Assembly: GCA_028712475.1 (NCBI GenBank)
Contig: JAQTQB010000004.1
Location: forward strand, 67,368-131,367
Length of the DNA: 64,000 bases
Source: Verrucomicrobiales bacterium
Lineage (GTDB): Bacteria; Verrucomicrobiota; Verrucomicrobiia; Limisphaerales; UBA11358
Direction of reading: 5' to 3'
Shown: positions 45,982 to 56,000 of the stretch, piece after piece
Numbering within the stretch: position 1 is the stretch's first letter
Layout: each line of letters begins with the position of its first letter
Translations under genes and position numbers: made by a program
Notes under the pieces: model-generated
Database searches by the model: none
Seen by the model: the letters and a program-made list of their open reading frames with translations, nothing else
Told to the model about the DNA's origin: nothing

Positions 45982-47241
45982 ATGACCGCAACCACCTCGC
46001 GCAAGCAACTCTCGCCCGCCTGGATTCTGTTCATCCTCACCGGCCTCAACCTGTTCAACTACCTCGACCGCTATGTGCTGTCGGCGGTGCTGACGCCGCT
46101 GCAACAAGATCTTGGCATCAACGACGGCCAGACCGGGCGGCTCGTGACGGCATTCATGATCGGCTATTTTGTCACGTCGCCTGTCTTTGGCTGGCTGGGT
46201 GACCGCTGCTCGCGCAAGTGGCTCATCGCCGCCGGCATTTTCGTGTGGAGCGTGGGCACAATCCTGACGGGGTTCGCGTCAACGTTTGCGATGATGATTG
46301 CGTTTCGCGTATTCGTCGGCGTGGGCGAAGCGAGCTATGCGACCATCAGTCCAAGTCTGATCTCCGACAGTTACGCCCCCGCAAAAAGGAACAACGCGTT
46401 GACGATATTTTACGTCGCCATTCCCGTCGGCGCGGCGCTGGGCACGATCATCGGCGGAGTCATCGCCGCGAAATGGGGCTGGCGGCACGCCTTCATCTGG
46501 GCGGGCGCACCGGGGTTGCTCCTCGCCCTCGTGATGCTGCCGTTCGCCGAGCTCAAGCGCGGCCAGACCGAGGGCAAAACGGCTGAAGCGGCCAAACGAC
46601 CATCCGTCCGCGACATCGTGAATCTCATTCGCATCCCGGATTATGTGCTCGTCGTGTTCGGCTATACGGCTTACACCTTTGCGCTGGGCGCGTTCGCGAT
46701 TTGGGGGCCGACGTTCCTGCATCGCACCCACGGCGTGGCCGTGGATCAGGCCGCTGAATTTTTCGGTGCGGTGCTCGTGGTCGCCGGACTCGTGGGCACG
46801 TTGATCGGCGGTTTCGCCGCGACTGCGTGGCACAAGCGCAATCCCGCAGGCTACGCGTGGACATTGGGACTCTCGGTGCTGGTGGCCGTGCCGCTGGCGT
46901 TCGGCGCGTTCCTCGCAGTTTCGACGTTTTGGTCCATGACATGCCTGGCGGCGGCGATGTTCTTTCTGTTTCTGCCCACCGGCCCGGTCAATACGCTCAT
47001 TCTGGAGACCGCGCCGGTGAACATGCGCGCCAGCGCCATGGCTATTTCCATTTTCACCATCCACCTGTTCGGCGACATGTGGTCGCCGGAGATCGTCGGA
47101 CGGCTCGCGGATTCGTTCGGGGGAAATTTGCAGAAGGCCGTTTTGATTTTGCCGGTCGCGTTGATCGTGGCCAGCGCGCTGTGGCTGGCGCTTGCGGTGA
47201 AAACCAAGCGGGGCAAAGGAACCAATTCTGCGTCTGCATGA
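45982..47241 (+). CDS. MFS transporter (Spinster-like subgroup)
   Basis: 12 TM segments. The MFS signature is GWLGDRCSRKW, and FRVFVGVGEASY is also present. Confidence 0.88.
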   Translation: MTATTSRKQLSPAWILFILTGLNLFNYLDRYVLSAVLTPLQQDLGINDGQTGRLVTAFMIGYFVTSPVFGWLGDRCSRKWLIAAGIFVWSVGTILTGFASTFAMMIAFRVFVGVGEASYATISPSLISDSYAPAKRNNALTIFYVAIPVGAALGTIIGGVIAAKWGWRHAFIWAGAPGLLLALVMLPFAELKRGQTEGKTAEAAKRPSVRDIVNLIRIPDYVLVVFGYTAYTFALGAFAIWGPTFLHRTHGVAVDQAAEFFGAVLVVAGLVGTLIGGFAATAWHKRNPAGYAWTLGLSVLVAVPLAFGAFLAVSTFWSMTCLAAAMFFLFLPTGPVNTLILETAPVNMRASAMAISIFTIHLFGDMWSPEIVGRLADSFGGNLQKAVLILPVALIVASALWLALAVKTKRGKGTNSASA

Positions 47242-47366
47242 AAAGATTTACCTGGTTGTGCGCGCGGACAACGGATCAATTTCAATGCCGGTAACCGTCG
47301 AGCGATGGATTTGAGTTGAGTGTCGCACCCGTTGGCTGCAAAGTTTCTCGCAACAGATAATTCAAG

Positions 47367-48551
47367 ATGGCAACGAACGTGAATAAACCATCCAAGAGCT
47401 TCGCGGAGTTTTTCGCTGGCATCGGCTTGATGCGCATAGGACTGGAACGAGCTGGCTGGCGTGTCGCGTTTGCCAATGACATTGATGAAGACAAGCAGCG
47501 CATGTATCGTGACCACTTCGGTGACAACGAGGAATTCGTCCTGGGTGATGTTCATAAGTTGGATGCTTGCGAGATTCCCGACATTGCTTTGGCCACCGCT
47601 TCGTTCCCATGCAATGACCTTTCGCTCGCTGGAGCACGACGTGGTTTAGCTGGAGATCAGTCATCTGCTTTCTGGGGCTTCGTTGACGTCCTGACCAAAA
47701 TGGGACAACGGCGTCCACCGATGGTCTTGCTCGAAAACGTCACGGGCTTTCTCAGTTCACATGAAGGGAACGATTTCAGAGATGCCCTTTTGGCGCTTAA
47801 TCGTTTGGGCTACGCGGTTGACGCCTTGATTATTGATGCCCGTCGTTTTGTCCCGCAGAGCCGTCAACGCCTCTTTGTGATTGGAATGCGGACACCAAAT
47901 GTTTCCGCGCTGAATGATACGCCAAAATTTTACGAAAGTGATTGCAGACCTCCCGCTCTCGCTGACTTTATTATGTGGAATGCGGACATCAATTGGCGCA
48001 TTCGACAACTTTCTCCGCTGCCAGTTCCAACGACTCTTCTTCCAGACATCTTGGAAGACTTATCGCCCAACTCCCAAGTATGGTGGAGTCGCGAACGCGC
48101 CGATTATTTGCTCAATCAGATGAGTCCGAAGCATCGGGCACAAGCTGAGGTGATGATTCAAGGCAAGCGTATAACTTACGGCACCGTGTTCCGAAGAGTT
48201 CGCAAAGAACGGTCGATGGCCGAATTGCGCATTGACGGAATTGCCGGCTGTTTGCGCACACCACGCGGCGGGAGCGGAAGGCAAATTCTCTTTGCCGCCG
48301 GGAGAGGGCGTTTTGCTGTCCGGTTGCTTACGCCGCGCGAATGCGCGCGTTTGATGGGGGCGGATGACTTTGTCATCAATGTGCCGTTGAACCAAGCATT
48401 CTTTGGTTTTGGTGATGCCGTTTGTGTGCCGGTAATCGAGTGGATTGCGCGCAACTATCTTAACAACGTCTGGGAAGAAGATTATGCCTCACAAGAAATC
48501 ACAAACAAAATCGAAAACTTCGTCTCCTACCGGAAAACCAGACGCAAGTAA
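47367..48551 (+). CDS. dcm: DNA (cytosine-5)-methyltransferase
   Basis: Motif I FAEFFAGIGLM, motif IV SFPCNDLSLAG, motif VI LLENV and the C-terminal ..RLLTPRECARLMG..GDAVCVPV. AT-richer island. Confidence 0.93.
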   Translation: MATNVNKPSKSFAEFFAGIGLMRIGLERAGWRVAFANDIDEDKQRMYRDHFGDNEEFVLGDVHKLDACEIPDIALATASFPCNDLSLAGARRGLAGDQSSAFWGFVDVLTKMGQRRPPMVLLENVTGFLSSHEGNDFRDALLALNRLGYAVDALIIDARRFVPQSRQRLFVIGMRTPNVSALNDTPKFYESDCRPPALADFIMWNADINWRIRQLSPLPVPTTLLPDILEDLSPNSQVWWSRERADYLLNQMSPKHRAQAEVMIQGKRITYGTVFRRVRKERSMAELRIDGIAGCLRTPRGGSGRQILFAAGRGRFAVRLLTPRECARLMGADDFVINVPLNQAFFGFGDAVCVPVIEWIARNYLNNVWEEDYASQEITNKIENFVSYRKTRRK

Positions 48552-49218
48552 GGGGAAGGCCGTTGGTCTTCCGTCCGATGTTGCGGCCATTCGCAGGGAG
48601 ATAAAGTCATTCTTCGACAGTCTTGACGATTGTGGTCACCGAATTGGTGGTCGCAAGTGGGGCGTCTATGCCTTTTACGACTACGACGGCGAGCCCATAT
48701 ATGTCGGTCAGACCTTTGAAGGTCTTGGCAGCAGAATTGGCCGTCACCTGACCAATCAAAGAACGGATGCCGTAGCCATGAACGTGCTCGACCCTTTTGA
48801 AGTCGCGGAGATTTGCGTCTGGCCATTGGATTTGGGTCATCTCAATGCGGAAGAGCAAAAAGAACAGCTTGACCGGGCTGAATTCACGGTCTTTGAAAAA
48901 GTAATTGCAGAGTCCAAGCTGGGTGCGGTGCTCAATGAAAAGCCTCCACGGCCAACACCAGCGGTGAAACTCCCGAAGTGCTACCGGCAGCGTATCATCC
49001 CCGATGATATTTTCCCGCATCGGAAGCATCCAGACATCCGAATCGCGCGCCGGGCAAATACCATTGCCAGTCTTGCCCGCGTCATCAGCGAGCGGAAGGT
49101 TTCAAAAGGACTTCGGCAAACCCTTTTGACTCAAGCTCGGCGCTTGGAACGACTGGCTGAAGAACGTCTCAAGCATTTTCCGAAAGACAAAGACGGGGTG
49201 GAAAATACAGACGAGTAG
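48484..49218 (+). CDS. GIY-YIG nuclease, candidate cognate restriction endonuclease
   Basis: GVYAFYDYDGEPIYVGQTFEGLGSRIGRH..N is a GIY-(x10)-YVG .. R..RH GIY-YIG core. ATG at 48484 overlaps the dcm 3' end by 68 nt (the ORF is open from 48445). Confidence 0.65.
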   Translation: MPHKKSQTKSKTSSPTGKPDASKGKAVGLPSDVAAIRREIKSFFDSLDDCGHRIGGRKWGVYAFYDYDGEPIYVGQTFEGLGSRIGRHLTNQRTDAVAMNVLDPFEVAEICVWPLDLGHLNAEEQKEQLDRAEFTVFEKVIAESKLGAVLNEKPPRPTPAVKLPKCYRQRIIPDDIFPHRKHPDIRIARRANTIASLARVISERKVSKGLRQTLLTQARRLERLAEERLKHFPKDKDGVENTDE

Positions 49219-49289
49219 CCATCTTTTCGTCTGCGCCATGCCGCGCAAGCAACCAGAAGGCGAGTTGGTCTTTAGGCTGTTCGCATTGT

Positions 49290-51455
49290 TTATTTGTCCG
49301 GCGGTGCGGGCGCAGGTGATTTCGACTCCGATTCCATCTGCGCCTGAAGCCCGCGATGATCCACCTTGCCGGTGCCGAGTTTCGGAATCTCTTTCACCGC
49401 CTTGATCTCGCGCGGCACGGAGAGATTCGTCAATCCCCTGGCTTTGATGGCGTCGCGGATTTCGTCCAGGGTCAGCTTCGGCTCGTTCGTCACGGCGATG
49501 AGCATTTCCCCTTTGTTTTCATCGGGACGCGTGACGACGGCGATCTGGCAGCGCAGACCGTATTGCGGAAACGCCCCGGCCAGCGCGTCTTCCACCGCCG
49601 TAAGGCTCACCATCTCGCCGCTCACCTTGGCGAAGCGTTTCATCCGCCCGCGGATGTGCAGATAGCCTTCGGCATCCACGCTCACGATGTCGCCGGTGTC
49701 ATACCATCCGCCGAGGGCCAGGAATTTTGCGTTCGCGTCGGCGTTCAAGTAGCCTTTCATCACGTTCGGCCCGCGCACGAAGAGGCGTCCGCCTTCGTCC
49801 ACGCCTTCGACTTTTTCCAGCTTGCATTCCATGCCGGGCAGGAGCCGGCCCACGGAGCCATTGCGCGGCTCGAGCGGCGTGTTGACACTCACGCACGGGG
49901 CGCATTCCGTCGCGCCATAACCTTCGAGGATGCGCACGCCGTATTTTTGCGACCACGCGAGCGCGGTGGCTTCCTGCAATTTCTCGGCGGCGGAAAAAAG
50001 ATACCGCAGGCTGCGAAAGTCATAGGGATGGGCCTTGCGGGCGTAGCCGTTCAGGAAGGTGTTCGTGCTGATGAACACCGTGCAATCACGGTCGTAAAAC
50101 ACCGATGGCACCACGCGATAATGCAGGGGGGAAGGATAAAGGAAGACATAGATGCCGCGCACCAGCGGCACAAACGTCCCCACGGTGAGGCCAAAGCTGT
50201 GAAAGAGCGGGAGACAGTTGAAGAGGCGGTCGCGGTCGGTGAAATCCGTGACGGCCAGCATCTGGCGGATGTTGGCGAGGATGTTTCCGTGAGTCAGTTC
50301 AACGCCCTTGGGCACGCCTTCGGAGCCGCTTGTGAAAACAATCACGGCGGCGGAGCTGGCAGATGGAGGATGGAGGATGGAGGATGGAAGATGGAGAATA
50401 TGCCGGAGCAGCGTGAGGAATTTCCGGGGACTGCTTACGCCAGCTTGCGCGTCTTCGAGATAGATCACGCTGACGCCCGCTTTGATAAAATCGTCCACGT
50501 TGAGCCGGGCGCGTTCGAGAAAGGCGCGCGAAGTGATGATGTGTTTCAGTCCGGCGAGTTCCACGCACGCCAGCATGGTGGGCATGCCCGAGGAAAAGTT
50601 CAGCATGGCGGGCACTTTGCCCAGCCGCCACAAGGCGAGGATGACCACCGGCGTGGCGTTGACATTGGGCAACAACAGGCCAATGCGTCCGCCACCCGCA
50701 ACGGTGCCGCGCAACGCGTGCGCCAGCACATCCGCCCCCACCATCAGTTTCCGACAGGTCAGCTTTTGCAGCGTCGCGTCTTCGAGAATGATTTGGCCCG
50801 GGCGTTCGCGTGCGGTCTCCGCCACCGCAGAGAGGACATTCTGCGCGCCGAAATTCATCTCGACCTCGAACTGCTGCCGCACCATCTGGTCGCGGAGCCA
50901 GATGGTCAGCCGCGACCGTGCGCGGCCGGTGCTGACTTCCCCCAGCTCGGGCGCGGCCAGCGCGGCGCTGAAATGCGCGGTCACTTTGGGGAAACATTTT
51001 TTCCAGCCCGGATTGGGTGAATACGGCAGGCGTTCGGCGCCGCGCAAGTAGGCCGTGATGACGCGCGCCTTGGTTTTGAAAATCAAAAATCCCGTGCCAT
51101 CAAAAAGCTTCATCAAGTCACCCGTGCGAGAGAGGCGGCCTTCGGCAAAAAGCACGAGCCGCCCGCCGCCTTTAAGAAACTCCGCCATGCGCTTCACTGC
51201 ATAAGGCGAACCGGGATCAACGGGCAGGGTGTAATGGTTGATCATCAATTTACGATGCAGCCAGCTCGTCTGCGCCGCGATGCTCGAGGTGACGAACTTC
51301 CAATCATCCTCCAGGCAGACCCAGAGAAACAGCCAGTCAAACCAGGAGCAGTGATTGGGGATCAACAGCACCGGGCCGGGTGTTTTCAGCGCGTCCAGGT
51401 CATAAGCCCGAAAGCGAAACAAAACCTGGAGCAAAAAGCGGAAGCAAGTTTTCAT
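49290..51455 (-). CDS. aas: Bifunctional acyltransferase / acyl-ACP (AMP-dependent) synthetase, Aas-like
   Basis: The N-terminal LPLAT has LIPNHCSWFDWLFL and FAEGRLSRTG. The C-terminal adenylation domain has IVFTSGSEGVPKGVELTH, EGYGATE, YDTGD and GTGKVDHR. The heptamer-array-derived LPSSILHPPS precedes the AMP motif. ATG at 51455; a TTG at 51494 is also in frame. Confidence 0.88.
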   Translation of the reverse strand: MKTCFRFLLQVLFRFRAYDLDALKTPGPVLLIPNHCSWFDWLFLWVCLEDDWKFVTSSIAAQTSWLHRKLMINHYTLPVDPGSPYAVKRMAEFLKGGGRLVLFAEGRLSRTGDLMKLFDGTGFLIFKTKARVITAYLRGAERLPYSPNPGWKKCFPKVTAHFSAALAAPELGEVSTGRARSRLTIWLRDQMVRQQFEVEMNFGAQNVLSAVAETARERPGQIILEDATLQKLTCRKLMVGADVLAHALRGTVAGGGRIGLLLPNVNATPVVILALWRLGKVPAMLNFSSGMPTMLACVELAGLKHIITSRAFLERARLNVDDFIKAGVSVIYLEDAQAGVSSPRKFLTLLRHILHLPSSILHPPSASSAAVIVFTSGSEGVPKGVELTHGNILANIRQMLAVTDFTDRDRLFNCLPLFHSFGLTVGTFVPLVRGIYVFLYPSPLHYRVVPSVFYDRDCTVFISTNTFLNGYARKAHPYDFRSLRYLFSAAEKLQEATALAWSQKYGVRILEGYGATECAPCVSVNTPLEPRNGSVGRLLPGMECKLEKVEGVDEGGRLFVRGPNVMKGYLNADANAKFLALGGWYDTGDIVSVDAEGYLHIRGRMKRFAKVSGEMVSLTAVEDALAGAFPQYGLRCQIAVVTRPDENKGEMLIAVTNEPKLTLDEIRDAIKARGLTNLSVPREIKAVKEIPKLGTGKVDHRGLQAQMESESKSPAPAPPDK
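50362..50396. repeat. Heptanucleotide tandem array (5 units) inside aas
   Basis: gatggag gatggag gatggag gatggaa gatggag. Confidence 0.85.
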
Positions 51456-51737
51456 CGTTTTGGGAAGTGCATCATTGGGGAGCGAACACTTCAATCAAAT
51501 TTGTGCCGTTTTGGTAGCATCCCATGGCACATGCCAGGTTTTCTCGTGCAATATGGCGATGTGAAATGGAACATGTTTTCCAGAATTGAAAATCAACCGT
51601 CCCGATGAATCACCAGCCGTGAAACATAATCATAACCACGACAACGCCCCTGGCGCCGGCAACTGGTGGAAGGGAACGGCGTGGCATGGCGCAAGATTGA
51701 GTTCACGAGGAACGCTTGGCCAGCAGTTGATCGGTGA

Positions 51738-51908
51738 CACCTTCTTCGCCTCGTAATTGCCGAAGCCGATAATGCGCCCGTCCTCGACCGCGACATGAGT
51801 CCTGTGGATTTCGCCGCTGAACACGTTGACGACGCGGGCGTTTTTGAAAAGCAGCTCGGCGCGTTGTTCACCGCGCGCCACGGAAAGTTTCTGCTGGATG
51901 TTGCGCAT
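51738..51908 (-). pseudogene. N-terminal relic (about 57 codons) of adenine deaminase
   Basis: MRNIQQKLSVARGEQRAELLFKNARVVNVFSGEIHRTHVAVEDGRIIGFGNYEAKKV follows the Ade N-terminal pattern (A-D-L-x-x-K-N-x-R-V-V-N-V-F-T-G-E-I ... V-A-I-x-D-G-R-I-x-G-x-G-x-Y). Similarity stops before the metal-binding HxH region. Confidence 0.55.
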
Positions 51909-51973
51909 TTGTTTTCCCCCCTCTCGCGTCAAAGTAAAATTTTAATGCGCAGATTAAAAGCCGCAAATTTCAA

Positions 51974-53035
51974 ATGAGGAATGGCAGGCCGATGCTGCAA
52001 TTCCATTCGTTATTTGTCATTCGTCATTCTGGACGCTACGCTTTGCCTGTGACCGATTCCATCTTCCAATCACTTGCCGCCGCCGCGCGTGGCGGCGAAT
52101 CCGTCGCGCTCGGCATCATCACCGCCGTGAAAGGGTCGAGTCCGCAGAAGCTCGGCGCGAAGGCGCTGTTTTATCCCGACCGGAAAATCAAAGGCACGCT
52201 CGGCGGCGGCTGTCTGGAGGCCGAGGCGCAGCGGCTCGCCCTCAATTCGCTCAAGACCGGCAAGCCGGAATCTTTTGAACTCGTCCTTGACCACGATTTC
52301 GGCTGGGACGACGGCCTGATCTGCGGCGGGAAAGTTTTGGGCGTTATTTTGCCCAACGCGCAGCGGCTCGGCGAAAAATTCTGGAGTGAACTGGCCGAAC
52401 GCCACGCAGCTAAAATTTGGGGTGTAAGAAAGGATTTTTCAATCGCCTCCCCCGGCCCGGCTCTCAAACCTCAAACCTCAAACCTCAACCCTTCCGACTG
52501 GCTCTACACCGAAACCATCACGCCGTCGTGCGCGTTGTGGATAGCCGGTTCCGGCCACATCGCCCAGGCCGTCGCGCCGCTGGCCTTGCAACTGGATTTC
52601 GCCGTCACGATTTTTGACGACCGTCCTGAACTGGCGAACCACGAAATATTTCCGCGCGATGTTTCCATCCACGTCGGCAACTGGGGCGATCTGTGCGCCG
52701 CTCCGCTTCCCAATGTGCCGGCGTTTGGCCTCATCGTCACACGTGGACACAAGCACGACGCGCTCGTGCTGGAGACGTGGATTCACAGGCCGTTCCGATT
52801 CCTCGGCATGATCGGCAGCACCCGCAAGGCGCGGACGATTGCCGAGCACTTCGTGAAAAAGCAGATTGCCACCGCCGAAGAAGTCGCGCGCGTCGCTTGT
52901 CCGGTCGGAATAAAAATCCGCTCGCAAAGCGTGATGGAAATCGCCGTGGACATCCTGGCGCAATACATAGACAAGCGGGCGGAACTGGTGAGCGAGAAGC
53001 AAGCTGCGGCGGCGGGAAAAATTGAATTGGTCTAG
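51974..53035 (+). CDS. xdhC: XdhC/CoxI-family molybdenum-cofactor insertion accessory protein
   Basis: ..GESVALGIITAVKGSSPQKLGAKALFYPDRKIKGTLGGGCLEAEA.. and the C-terminal Rossmann-like part LWIAGSGHIAQAVAPLA..IVTRGHKHD. The start is uncertain because the first codons run through a heptamer array. A second array is in frame at 52463..52490. Confidence 0.88.
   Translation: MRNGRPMLQFHSLFVIRHSGRYALPVTDSIFQSLAAAARGGESVALGIITAVKGSSPQKLGAKALFYPDRKIKGTLGGGCLEAEAQRLALNSLKTGKPESFELVLDHDFGWDDGLICGGKVLGVILPNAQRLGEKFWSELAERHAAKIWGVRKDFSIASPGPALKPQTSNLNPSDWLYTETITPSCALWIAGSGHIAQAVAPLALQLDFAVTIFDDRPELANHEIFPRDVSIHVGNWGDLCAAPLPNVPAFGLIVTRGHKHDALVLETWIHRPFRFLGMIGSTRKARTIAEHFVKKQIATAEEVARVACPVGIKIRSQSVMEIAVDILAQYIDKRAELVSEKQAAAAGKIELV
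52004..52031. repeat. Heptanucleotide tandem array (4 units) at the 5' end of xdhC
   Basis: cattcgt tatttgt cattcgt cattctg. Confidence 0.75.
52463..52490. repeat. Heptanucleotide tandem array (4 units) inside xdhC
   Basis: ctcaaac ctcaaac ctcaaac ctcaacc, the reverse complement of the gtttgag/gttgagg type seen at 18110..18137. It is translated as LKPQTSNLNP. Confidence 0.85.
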
Positions 53036-53036
53036 C

Positions 53037-56000
53037 TTACTTGGCCAAAACCAGATCCGGCTTCGGTGATTCTTTGCTGTCCACGTCTCGTTGCTCCTGA
53101 ATCGCCATCCAGATCGCCTCGCAAGTCGCGGGTGACGCTAGCGCCACCTCACCTTTGCCTGAACCAAACGCCGCCACGGCATCACGGATCGCCTCGCGCA
53201 CCGAGATGGCCAGCATCAACGGCGGTTCGCCCACGGCTTTGCTGCCATGAACAACGCTTTTCTGCGTCGCGTTCTTGAGCAAGGTCACTTTGAAGATTTG
53301 CGGCGTGTCACCGATGGACGGGATTTTGTAGGTGTCCGGTGAATGCGTGAGCAAAACCCCTTGGTCATCCCACTTCAATTCCTCGGCCGTGAGCCAGCCC
53401 ATGCCTTGCACGAAGCCGCCTTCGATCTGGCCGCGATTCACGCCTTCATTCACCGAGTCGCCCACGTCATGCAAAATGTCCACGCGCAAGACGCAGTGCA
53501 TTCCCGTGAAGCCATCCACCTCGACCTCCGTCACCGCCGCGCCGTTTGCAAAATAATGAAACGGCTTGCCATGTCCCGCCGCGCGATCCCAATGAATCCC
53601 CGGCGTCGCATAATATCCCGTCGCCAGCAAGCTCACGCGCGACAAATAGGCTTTCTTCACGACATCGGCGAAGGAAATTTTCACGTCTGGCAGCGTGCGA
53701 TGAAAAGAAAATCCGTCGGCGAAAACCAAATCCTCCGCAGCAGCCGGCGTAAGGAGGCTCTGAGCGCTTTCGTTTTCCGCTTTTGATTTGAGCCTCGTCA
53801 CCTCGGCTGCTACGAGTTCAAGAGCCGCCGGCGTCAGCCGCGCTCGCAAAATTTCGCACGCATTTTTCACCGCCGCGCCGTTCAAGTCCGTGCCCGCGCT
53901 CGCCGCCGTGGCGGAAGTGTTCGGCACTTTGTCCGTGCTGGTCGGCATCACGCGGATATTCTCCAGCTTCACGCCGAGCGTTTGCGCCGCGATCATCGCC
54001 ACGTTCGTGTGCAATCCCTGCCCCATCTCCGTGCCGCCGTGGTTCAACTGCACCGTGCCGTCCTGATAAATCAAAATGAACGCGCCCGCTTGATTCATAT
54101 GCGTGACGGTAAAACTGATGCCGAATTTCACCGGCGTGATGGCAATGCCTCGTTTGGTGTGAGGATGCCTTGCGTTCCAGTCAGCGATTTCCTTGCGGCG
54201 TTTTTCCAGCTCGGAAGTTTTTTTCAACTCGTGCCAGATGGTCTGGATCCGATTGTCTTCAATCTCCTGCCCGTAGTGCGTGGTGTTCGTCTCACCGCTG
54301 CCACGGTAAAGGTTTCGTTCGCGGACAACTTCCGGTGGCAGGCCGAGCCTGCGCGCGATACGGTCGAGGATTTCTTCCATGACCAGCATGCCCTGCGGCC
54401 CGCCGAAGCCGCGAAATGCCGTGTTTGATGACAGATTTGTTTTTGCAACCTGCCCGCGAAACTCCACCGCCGGAATATAATACGCGTTGTCGAGATGGAA
54501 CAGCGCGCGGTCGGTCACGGCCTGCGACAAATCCTGCGACCAGCCGCCATTGGAAGTCAGATGAACTTGCGCCGCCTGCAACAAACCGTCCTTGTCAAAA
54601 CCAACATTAAACTTCGCGAGAAACGGATGGCGATGGCCGGTGAGCGCCATGTCCTGATCGCGATTGAACCGCACGCGCACCGGCTTGCCGGTATGATGCG
54701 TCGCCAGCGCGGCCAGCGCGGCAGGTGTGGCCGCCTGCGTTTCCTTGCCGCCGAAACCGCCGCCCATGCGCGGCACTTGCACCACCACCTTGTTCGCGGG
54801 CAGATGCAACACATGAGAAATCACCTGCTGCACCTCCGACGGATGCTGCGTGGACGAAACGACGAACACCGACCCGTCCTCGCCGCGTGTCGCATGCGCC
54901 GCCTGCGTCTCCAGGTAGAAATGTTCCTGACCGCCAAGTTCAAACTCGCCTTCAATTACCAGTGGCGCAGCGGACAAGCCTTTTACTGAATCACCGCGCC
55001 GGATAAAGTTGGGTTCGTTGTGAAAACTCCCTTTTGCCACCGCATCGCGCAATGTGAGAATCGGCGCCAGCGGTTCATATTCAACGACGACCTTCTCCGC
55101 CGCCGCGCGACACGTCTCCTGCGAATCTCCGACGACGAGCGCGACAAGCTGGCTGTGGAAGAGAACTTCGCGCGACGCCAGCAACGGCTCGTCGTGCTTC
55201 GTGCCAACGTCGTTCTCGCCCGGAATGTCCTCGGCAAACAGCACGGCTTTGATGCCGGGCATCTGGCGCGCGGCGGTCGCGTCGCATTTGATAATTTTCG
55301 CCCGCGCGTGCGGCGAGCAGACGGGCCAGACTTCGAGCATGCCGCTGGTCTGGTCATCCACATACATCGCCTCGCCTGTGACGTGTTTGTGCGCGCTTTC
55401 GTGGGGCTGTGCCTGGAGCGCGGACTTCAGGCCGCTTCGACATTCGAGCGGTGACGCGGCATGAACGCTGCGCTCCGATTCGCCGGCGAAAAATTTCCCC
55501 AGCAGACTCGCAATCAAACCGCTGCGGTATTCCGCCGTGCCGCGCACGTCAGAGATGGGCGTGAACTCCGTCCGTAATACCGGCAACGCGCGCTGAATCG
55601 TTTCTTCACTCCAAATTTTGCCAGCCAATGCGGCTTCTGTTTTCCGTGCCCGCGCAGGCATGGCGGCAACGCCGCCGTAAGCGAGCCGCACATGACGCAC
55701 GATGTTCTGTTTATCCAAATCCACCACGAAACACCCGGCCACGGTGCTGATGTCCATCTCGCGGCGTTTGGAAACTTTGAACCACTCCGCCTTGCGCGTC
55801 AGTCCCGCCGCCGCGCCGCCGCGCGGGATGATGATGGTTTTGAGGACTTCGTTTAGTTGCAGCGCAGTCTTTCGATAGGAAATAAAAAAGTCACTGATGG
55901 GCAACGTGCGTTCCCCAGATTCGGATGCAAGCACAACCCTTGCATCCAGCGCGAGCAGCACGGGCGCGCTGTCGCCGATGGGCGAGGCGATGGCGAGGTT

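Noticed and set aside
46279-47555. Minus-strand ORFs of 261 and 234 aa
   Set aside because: They are antisense to the MFS transporter gene and the dcm 5' end, and are compositional shadow ORFs.
49356-51020. 554-aa ORF on the plus strand
   Set aside because: It is antisense to the Aas-like gene. It has low-complexity R/A/G/H-rich sequence and no motifs.
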